NCBI GenBank assembly: GCA_035249885.1
Contig: DATFFV010000103.1
Coordinates: 1 to 34,013 of the forward strand
Length of the DNA: 34,013 bases
Reading direction: 5' to 3'
Origin: Gammaproteobacteria bacterium
GTDB lineage: Bacteria; Pseudomonadota; Gammaproteobacteria; Steroidobacterales; Rariloculaceae
The notes beneath the pieces are model-generated. The model saw nothing but the letters and a program-made list of their open reading frames with translations, ran no database searches and was not told the origin of the DNA. Of this stretch, positions 8,751 to 14,826 are shown in pieces (within the stretch, counting starts at the first letter, position 1; every line of letters starts with the position of its first letter). A program made the position numbers and the translations under genes.

Positions 8751-9574
8751 GGACGGCCTGCGCGCGAATCGCTGTTTTGCTTGTCGCGCTGGCCTGCACG
8801 CCGAGCGCACTCGCGCAACGGTTCATCACGGTCGCATCGACCACGTCGACCGAGCAGTCGGGGCTGTTCAAGCATTTGCTGCCGATCTTCGAGCAAGAGA
8901 CCGGCATCGAGGTGCGCGTCGTGGCACTCGGCACGGGCCAGGCGCTCGACCTCGCGCGCCGCGGCGATGCCGACGTCGTGTTCGTGCACGCGAAGTCGGC
9001 TGAGGAAGAATTCCTGCGCGAGGGCCACGGCGTGCGCCGCTACCCGGTCATGTACAACGACTTCGTCATCGTTGGACCGAGAGCGGACCCGGCGGGAATC
9101 GTGGGCGGAGTCGACACGCTCGACGCGTTCCGCAAGATCAAGGAGGCTGGTGCATCGTTCGTCTCGCGCGGCGACCGCAGCGGCACGCACATCGCCGAGG
9201 TCAACTTCTGGACCATGGCGGGCGTCGATATCGCCATGGAAAAAGGCCCGTGGTATCGCGAGACCGGCCAAGGCATGGGCCCCGCGCTGAACACCGCCTC
9301 ATCGATGAACGCGTATCTCTTGGCCGATCGGGCAACGTGGCTCGCGTTCCGGAATCGCGGCGAGCTCGCGATCCTCGTCGAAGGCGATAAGCGCCTCATG
9401 AACCAGTACGGCGTCATGCTCGTGAATCCTGAAAGACATCCCAGCGTGAAACGCACCGAGGGCCAAGCCTTCATCGATTGGCTCGTTTCGCCGGAAGGAC
9501 AGGCAGCGATTGCCGAATACAAGATAGAAGGCGAGCAGCTGTTCTTTCCGAACGCGGGCGAGCTGGGAGCCTAA
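8741..9574 (+). CDS. tupA: Periplasmic tungstate-binding protein, TupA-like
   Basis: Signal peptide (ARIAVLLVALACTPSALA). It has the anion-binding TTSTEQSGL motif characteristic of TupA-type binding proteins, plus VHA...MYNDFVIVGP..DPAGI. The start overlaps the tupC stop by 10 nt. Confidence 0.8.
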   Translation: MELRTACARIAVLLVALACTPSALAQRFITVASTTSTEQSGLFKHLLPIFEQETGIEVRVVALGTGQALDLARRGDADVVFVHAKSAEEEFLREGHGVRRYPVMYNDFVIVGPRADPAGIVGGVDTLDAFRKIKEAGASFVSRGDRSGTHIAEVNFWTMAGVDIAMEKGPWYRETGQGMGPALNTASSMNAYLLADRATWLAFRNRGELAILVEGDKRLMNQYGVMLVNPERHPSVKRTEGQAFIDWLVSPEGQAAIAEYKIEGEQLFFPNAGELGA

Positions 9575-9756
9575 ACTGGATCGGCGCGCGGAGCTGCCGA
9601 TTCGGCGAGTCTCGGGCGATGGCGTCGCTAGCACAATCCTCACGGCTTCTTGCGCGCCGGCGTGGCCAACGCAAGCAACCTTCGGCCGTCGAACGCCCTG
9701 CTGGCTCGACCATATTCGTCCAGCACCTTTTTCCCTTCCATCTTCCACGAGACCTG

Positions 9757-10287
9757 CTACGTCAATGACTGCCTCTCGAGATCCAACCGGTGCTCGATGG
9801 TCGCTGTAGCGCGCTTACCGTTGTGAACGAAGCTGTGGCGAGTTACTCGTTTGAAAGGCCGCGGGCCTGTGAACGCGATTGCGTTGAGTACGTCGAGCAC
9901 TAAGCATCCGTCGGGCGCGACGTGCGTGCGGAAGTTGCGCAGACAAGCCCGAATCTCTGTGTTGGTGCGGTTATACGAGAGCGTCGTGCCAAGACAAAGG
10001 AGCATGTCGAATCGGCGCCGAACTCGAAACGACTTCATGTCTCCGACGACATATTGGCCACTCGGGTCTTTTGACCGCGCCGCTGCAACGAACTTCGAAT
10101 TGGCATCGACGCCGACGGGATACGCGCCACTTCGACGCAGCAAGCGGCACAAGGACCCGGTCGCACAACCGACGTCCAGTATGTGCGGCCCGAAACGCCG
10201 CGCGAGGCGCCTGATGAATCGAGCTCGCGCGGGCGGCTCCGCGAAAACCGTATCCCACAGGTGGGGATCGTCTGAAAGGAGGGTCAC
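9757..10287 (-). CDS. Class I SAM-dependent methyltransferase, TylM1/DesVI-like (possibly C-terminally truncated)
   Basis: SAM motif I ILDVGCATG. The segment GDMKSFRVRRRFDMLLCLGTTLSYN resembles the GDMRDF..RRF....C.FSS segment of sugar N,N-dimethyltransferases. The GTG start at 10285..10287 overlaps the upstream stop (GTGA). It ends at TAG 9757..9759, shorter than typical family members. Confidence 0.7.
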   Translation of the reverse strand: MTLLSDDPHLWDTVFAEPPARARFIRRLARRFGPHILDVGCATGSLCRLLRRSGAYPVGVDANSKFVAAARSKDPSGQYVVGDMKSFRVRRRFDMLLCLGTTLSYNRTNTEIRACLRNFRTHVAPDGCLVLDVLNAIAFTGPRPFKRVTRHSFVHNGKRATATIEHRLDLERQSLT

Positions 10288-11291
10288 GACGCGGCGTCCG
10301 GCGCGGGGAGAACGCTCGCAATCGACCAATCCGCAAAGCCGCTCCCAAAGACGGTGACGGGAATGGTGAGAAGGGAATGCTCGACGAGCAACGCCTGCGC
10401 ACTGCACTGCATCGCCACGAAATAGCCGCCCGCTGCCGGCAGCGTGGAGATCCGGGTATCCCGCGCGCGCGCCATGAGCTCCCGACGTCTCGTCGACATG
10501 TCGCGCAGCAGCCGCTGCGGAAACTGCCTGTATTTGGTGAGAAGCTCGTGCGCGAGTGCCAGCTTGGGCTTGGCAGGAGCCAAACTCCGAAAGGTGGCGG
10601 AGTACGTTGCAAGATCTCTGCGCGGTACCAATGCGACGCCAAATACGCGCTCGTGAAGCCAGCCCTTGGAGAGGGAGTCGAGCAACAACACCTGATCCGT
10701 GGCCAGCAGACGGTTCGTCCCAGAATCCAGGGGCGCCCCGAAGCCATAGACGCCATCAAGAATGATCCGCCGTGCTGGGTCGTCGCGCAGCCAGTCGCGG
10801 GCCGCGGCGACTTCTAGCTCGGTCCATGATCGACCGTGCAGCTTGAGTGGTTGCGGAAGCAGCACCACGAGCGCGCTCGCTTGAGCGGCCGTCCTCAAGA
10901 CCTCGGCGACCTCGAACTGGGGAAACGTCGCAAACCCAACCGGCCGCAAGCGGGCCTGTGAAGCAAGGCGCCAATAGACCGGGTAGACGTCCGTCGGAAC
11001 GGCGACACCCGCGCCTCTCCGAGCAAGCGACTCGAAGATGATTTCGAGCGCCTGGCGAACGCCTTCGCAGACTAGCGCCGTCGGCGACAGGCTTGGATCG
11101 ACCCCGTACGTCTCGCACCAGAGTCGAGCCAAGTCACAGCGATGGACGTCTGGAGCGTTCGCCGCAAGCTCCGGCATGGGCCTGATCGCGGAGTAGGCAA
11201 CCGAGATTCGTGTTTCGCAGAAGCAAGACGCGTTCGGCACTTCGACGCGCGACGTCTGGCTCCACCGCAAGAATTCGCCGAAATCCATCAT
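10284..11291 (-). CDS. PLP-dependent aminotransferase, fold-type I (class I/II-like)
   Basis: LDSLSKGW...RVFG matches the SxSK PLP-lysine motif context. ALVCEGVRQALEIIFESLARRGAGVAVPTDVYPVY matches the small-domain/large-domain junction pattern. The start lies 6 nt downstream of the rSAM stop. Confidence 0.65.
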   Translation of the reverse strand: MMDFGEFLRWSQTSRVEVPNASCFCETRISVAYSAIRPMPELAANAPDVHRCDLARLWCETYGVDPSLSPTALVCEGVRQALEIIFESLARRGAGVAVPTDVYPVYWRLASQARLRPVGFATFPQFEVAEVLRTAAQASALVVLLPQPLKLHGRSWTELEVAAARDWLRDDPARRIILDGVYGFGAPLDSGTNRLLATDQVLLLDSLSKGWLHERVFGVALVPRRDLATYSATFRSLAPAKPKLALAHELLTKYRQFPQRLLRDMSTRRRELMARARDTRISTLPAAGGYFVAMQCSAQALLVEHSLLTIPVTVFGSGFADWSIASVLPAPDAAS

Positions 11292-11297
11292 GCGGCT

Positions 11298-12641
11298 CTA
11301 GTGATCGCAGGCTGCGGAGCAAAGCTCGAGCTTGCTCCGGCGGTCCTCGAGCGAAGCGAGACAAGCGCCGTCGGACATGACGTTCCAGCTTCGCGCTATT
11401 CCGGTGGATCGCTCCCAAAAGAGGCTCGGCTCGGTATAGGCGGCCACTCGAATGCATCGGCCTCCCGTTACGCCCCTGAAAATGGGCGCGCCCCACGGCA
11501 GCCGATCAACCACCTCGAATCCGCAATGCCCTGCCCAATCGGCAACGATCGACAACGAAACTTGGTTCTTTGCGCTCCAGGCATTCGTGCTACGCGAATG
11601 GTAGACCGACTCCTCGCTCGTGGAGACGTAGAGCTCTTTGAAGCACACGTCATCGACGCCCAACGACGCCGCCCAACCAACGTAGTTTTGGATGTCGCCG
11701 ACCGACTCCACTCCTCCCCGCTGGAGCACGCATATCAACCGCAGCCTCATCCCACTCAGGCGATCTCGATTGGCCGCGCACAGCTGCATCAACGCGGGTG
11801 TTTCGGTCTCGAGGTTCATGAGCTTCGCGTTGATGGCCTCCTCGTGATGATGACGAGACACCGCGAGCACGGACAACCCGGCCTCGCACAGTTCGCCGAG
11901 CTGTGTGGCGGCTGCAGCGGCCGGCGCCGACGCGAAGCGAACTCCGTTCGTGATGAGCACAACCTTGTCGAAATCTTTGTTGCAGGCATTCACGAGCTCC
12001 AAGAGCCGGGCGTGAGGAAGCAACGTAGGCTCGCCGCCGCCGGTAATGACGGCGCGCTCGGCCCCGCGACGCCGGGCGAGGTCGATCCAGGCCCGCGCGC
12101 CCTTCATTTCGAATCGTCCCTGCTCTTGATCCGTGGAAACCGAGGCCTCCGAAAAACAAAAAGGGCACGCCGCCTGGCATCCGCGTGCGATCGGCAAGAA
12201 CGAAAGCGATCGCGGTCGAAGATCGGCATAGGCGGCAAACGAGCTCGCATGTAGCTCCAGGGACCTCGCCATCGCCTCTTCGAGGCCCAATGCCGACCCG
12301 AGCTTGCCCAGTGGGTCCACGCGGAACACGCCGGCGATCGGCAGGTCGGGCGACGGCCACAGCAGTCCGATTCCGGTTCGCGGGTTGGGGACAACGCTGG
12401 CGCGGGAAACGGACGTCTGCAGCACGAGCAACTCGTCACCCGGGATACGCAACTTGTCGCGGAGCTTGGAAGCCTTCGCGACTCCAACTGCGAGGTCCGG
12501 CGCGGTCAAAAGATACGATTCGTTCGGGTATCGGCTCTCCGGGATGCCGCCTTTACGGTATCGCCGGGTGTACTTGTCGAAGCCCCGTGCGAAGTTCGAC
12601 AGGGACGTTACGTGATAGAGCGGTTCCGACGCGGTCGTCAT
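11298..12641 (-). CDS. Radical SAM enzyme with an unassigned ~150-aa N-terminal domain
   Basis: The CxxxCxxC cluster CQAACPFC is at residues 155-162. A GGGEPTL SAM-binding (GGE) motif is present, and there are extra Cys near the C-terminus (...CLASLEDRRSKLELCSAACDH). An AAGGGGA SD lies about 9 nt upstream of ATG 12639..12641. Confidence 0.85.
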   Translation of the reverse strand: MTTASEPLYHVTSLSNFARGFDKYTRRYRKGGIPESRYPNESYLLTAPDLAVGVAKASKLRDKLRIPGDELLVLQTSVSRASVVPNPRTGIGLLWPSPDLPIAGVFRVDPLGKLGSALGLEEAMARSLELHASSFAAYADLRPRSLSFLPIARGCQAACPFCFSEASVSTDQEQGRFEMKGARAWIDLARRRGAERAVITGGGEPTLLPHARLLELVNACNKDFDKVVLITNGVRFASAPAAAAATQLGELCEAGLSVLAVSRHHHEEAINAKLMNLETETPALMQLCAANRDRLSGMRLRLICVLQRGGVESVGDIQNYVGWAASLGVDDVCFKELYVSTSEESVYHSRSTNAWSAKNQVSLSIVADWAGHCGFEVVDRLPWGAPIFRGVTGGRCIRVAAYTEPSLFWERSTGIARSWNVMSDGACLASLEDRRSKLELCSAACDH

Positions 12642-12669
12642 AGAGCGCTATCCCCTTCGCCTCAGGTCG

Positions 12670-12717
12670 CCACTAAGTGGGTTGCACCCACTAAGTAATT
12701 GGCATAGTCCCACTAAC
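12670..12717. repeat. Three direct copies of CCACTAA(G/C) spaced ~19-21 bp
   Basis: CCACTAAG at 12670..12677, CCCACTAAGT at 12688..12697, CCCACTAAC at 12709..12717. The first two contribute the arms of the palindrome. Confidence 0.5.
12676..12692. promoter_or_regulatory. Perfect 7-3-7 palindrome AGTGGGT-TGC-ACCCACT (candidate operator of the NrtR-like regulator)
   Basis: Read directly from the sequence. It lies in the 92-bp divergent intergenic region between the rSAM operon and the regulator gene. Confidence 0.45.
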
Positions 12718-12732
12718 GAGCTAGCATGTCAA
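12704..12732 (-). promoter_or_regulatory. Candidate sigma70 promoter for the rSAM operon (TTGACA-N17-GACTAT on the minus strand)
   Basis: The minus strand reads a perfect -35 TTGACA (12727..12732), a 17-nt spacer, then a weak -10 GACTAT (12704..12709). The predicted TSS would sit just upstream of the palindrome, so a bound repressor would block it. Confidence 0.35.
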
Positions 12733-12733
12733 T

Positions 12734-13492
12734 ATGAAAGCCACCACACCTCGCAAGTCCGGCGACAAACAAGCCCGGGAGCCTCTCGACTTCGAGCGCC
12801 CCCTGAGCACCGTCGATGTCGTCATCTTCGCTGTTCGGGGCTCGGCCCTCCAGGTGCTCCTGGTGCGTCGTCCATCCGACGTAAGCGACCCATATCCCGG
12901 GCTCTGGGCGCTCCCCGGCGGCTTTGTCGACATTGCGCGTGACCGTGACCTCGAAGCATGCGCGTTGCGGAAGCTGCGTGAGAAAACCGGGGTCGACGCG
13001 CCCTACCTTGAGCAACTTGGGAGCTGGGGTGATTCCGCGCGCGATCCGCGCGGGTGGTCTGCGACGCACGTTTACTTTTCGTTGGTCGCGCCCGACGCCG
13101 TCGGCCTAACGGCGGGAGGAAACGCCACGGACACGCGTTGGTTCACAATTGAGGGTGATCTAGTCGAGGAGACGCTGGCCTTTGACCATGCGTCGCTGCT
13201 CAAAGCCGCTGTGAGCCGGCTGCGTTCCAAGGTCGAATACACCTCGCTGCCCGCGTTTCTGCTGCCTCAGGAATTTACGCTCACTGAGTTGCAGCGGACC
13301 TACGAAGCCATTCTGGACAGAACCCTGGAGAAGAAGGCGTTTCGCACGCGGCTCCTGACCGCCGATGTGCTCTATCCCGTACCCCGAAGGAAGGGCGGCG
13401 CGAACCGCCCTGCCCAGTTGTATCGACTCAGACGTCGGCGGCAACCGCATCTCTTCGCAAGGCCCTTTGGCTCCGCCCCGGGCGTGAGTTAG
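12734..13492 (+). CDS. Nudix-related transcriptional regulator (NrtR-like: N-terminal Nudix fold + C-terminal winged helix)
   Basis: The Nudix-fold segment LPGGFVDIARDRDLEACALRKLREKTGV has a degenerate box: RKLREK replaces REUxEE. The C-terminus FTLTELQRTYEAILDRTLEKKAFRTRLL....GGANRPAQLYRL matches the NrtR wHTH pattern (F.L..LQ..YE.IL...L.K.NFR.K.......GRPA.LYRF). Confidence 0.8.
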   Translation: MKATTPRKSGDKQAREPLDFERPLSTVDVVIFAVRGSALQVLLVRRPSDVSDPYPGLWALPGGFVDIARDRDLEACALRKLREKTGVDAPYLEQLGSWGDSARDPRGWSATHVYFSLVAPDAVGLTAGGNATDTRWFTIEGDLVEETLAFDHASLLKAAVSRLRSKVEYTSLPAFLLPQEFTLTELQRTYEAILDRTLEKKAFRTRLLTADVLYPVPRRKGGANRPAQLYRLRRRRQPHLFARPFGSAPGVS

Positions 13493-13507
13493 TCACCGTT
13501 GGGCGAT

Positions 13508-13561
13508 CCCTCCGCGGAGGGGTTCTTGCACTCTATTGGTGCAAAATCCCTCACGTGAGGG
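13508..13561. terminator. Three consecutive hairpins between the convergent nrtR-like gene and mobA (candidate bidirectional terminator region)
   Basis: A perfect 14-bp palindrome CCCTCCGCGGAGGG sits at 13508..13521 and is followed by GTTCTT. TTGCAC-N7-GTGCAA sits at 13526..13544. A second perfect 14-bp palindrome CCCTCACGTGAGGG sits at 13548..13561. Confidence 0.35.
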
Positions 13562-13686
13562 GCCGACATCACCCGAAACCAACCAGCGGGTTAGTCCGCC
13601 AGTCCAATTGCAAATGCCAAAGCGATATTGAGTCGCGGAATGTCTTGTTCATCGCGTATCGAGCTGGGAGACCGCTTCGATCCACC

Positions 13687-14334
13687 TCATCGCTTCGAGC
13701 TCGCTGGACCGATCGAGACCGGCGACCGCCTTTGCCACGCGCCGGCGCACGCCGCCAGATCATCGCGCGTGTTGATGTTCGCGAACGCCTCGGGGCCTTC
13801 GAATAGCACTTTGCGCGCGCCCAGCCTCTCGAGCATTTGCCACGTCGGCGGGTGCGCGCCGTCGGCTAACGCTTCGCGAACCGCCGGCAGCGCCGTGACC
13901 GGCCACAATGCACAGAGCGGCTGACGACCGTCGCGGGTTTCGGCCATCGCGGCCGTGCCTTCGGCACGCTCCAGCAGGCGCACGTAGAGATCGTCCGGCA
14001 ACAGCGGCGCATCGCACGGGCTCACTGCGAGCGTGTGCGCGCCCTGCGCTTCGGCCCAGATGAGTCCCGCCTTCACGCCCGCGAGCGGTCCCAGGGCATC
14101 GCCCGCGGCGTCGTAAAGGGTCGGAAACCCCAGCGCTTTCGCCACGGCCTCTGCCTCGGTGCCCGCACGCACGTTGATGCCCACGTTTACGCACACGCTG
14201 CGCAGCCGCTCCGCCGCCCACTCGAGCAGCGGCCGGCCCTCGAGCAGCGCAACGGCTTTTTCGCCGCCGAAGCGAACGGAGCGACCGCCCGCCAGCACGA
14301 GGCCCACGACCGAAGGCGCGCTCACGCGGGCCAC
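13687..14334 (-). CDS. mobA: Molybdenum cofactor guanylyltransferase MobA
   Basis: N-terminal GLVLAGGRSVRFGGEKA and an LxGxPLL motif, with ...SPCDAPLL... and NINTRDDL near the C-terminus. GTG start at 14332..14334 (alternative GTG at 14325), overlapping the mobB stop. Confidence 0.85.
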   Translation of the reverse strand: MARVSAPSVVGLVLAGGRSVRFGGEKAVALLEGRPLLEWAAERLRSVCVNVGINVRAGTEAEAVAKALGFPTLYDAAGDALGPLAGVKAGLIWAEAQGAHTLAVSPCDAPLLPDDLYVRLLERAEGTAAMAETRDGRQPLCALWPVTALPAVREALADGAHPPTWQMLERLGARKVLFEGPEAFANINTRDDLAACAGAWQRRSPVSIGPASSKR

Positions 14335-14825
14335 GGTCGCGCGAGCTTGTCGACGAGATCGGCAATCCCTTCGATGTCGTCGAGATCGGCCGCGGGCAAC
14401 GACAGATTCGCCCGCGGCAAATCGCTCGCGATCGCCACGATGTTCGGATCGTTGAGATACAGCAGCGGCTTGCCGACGGCTTCGCGATGCACTTCGAGCT
14501 TCGCGTGGTTCTCGGTCTTGAACCCTTCGACGATCACGAGATCGACGGGCGAGAGGCGCGGCACGAGCTCGCGCAGAGTCGGCTCGCGCTCTTCGCGCAG
14601 CTCGTGCATCAACGCCCAGCGCCGCGCGCTCGAAATGAGCACCTCGTGCGCGCCGGCCAGCCGATGCGTGTGGGAATCCTTGCCGGGCTGATCGACGTCG
14701 AACTCGTGATGCGCGTGCTTCAGCGTAGATACGGTGCGGCCGCGCGCGATCAAGGCCGGGAGGAGCTTCGCGAGCAACGTGGTCTTGCCGCTGCCGCTCC
14801 AGCCCGCGAGCCCGATCAGCCGCAC
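14322..14825 (-). CDS. mobB: Molybdopterin-guanine dinucleotide biosynthesis adapter protein MobB
   Basis: MRLIGLAGWSGSGKTTLL P-loop, then ...VSTLKHAHHEFDVDQPGKDS...LVIVEGFK. Typical MobB size (167 aa). The start lies 1 nt after the FDH alpha stop. Confidence 0.9.
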   Translation of the reverse strand: MRLIGLAGWSGSGKTTLLAKLLPALIARGRTVSTLKHAHHEFDVDQPGKDSHTHRLAGAHEVLISSARRWALMHELREEREPTLRELVPRLSPVDLVIVEGFKTENHAKLEVHREAVGKPLLYLNDPNIVAIASDLPRANLSLPAADLDDIEGIADLVDKLARPWPA

Positions 14826-14826
14826 G

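Noticed and set aside
11298-12641. Reading the radical SAM gene as a viperin-like or other anti-phage defence effector
   Set aside because: The size, the N-terminal extension, and the partners (aminotransferase plus methyltransferase, no nucleotide kinase or other defence-island genes nearby) fit a biosynthetic cassette better. I cannot support a defence call from the sequence alone.
9635-13555. Short imperfect direct repeat flanking the islet (AATCCTCACG at 9635..9644 versus AATCCCTCACG at 13545..13555) as possible att-like target duplication
   Set aside because: It is only about 10 nt with an indel. A match of this size is expected by chance when comparing two ~190-nt regions. The right copy is simply part of the CCCTCACGTGAGGG palindrome.
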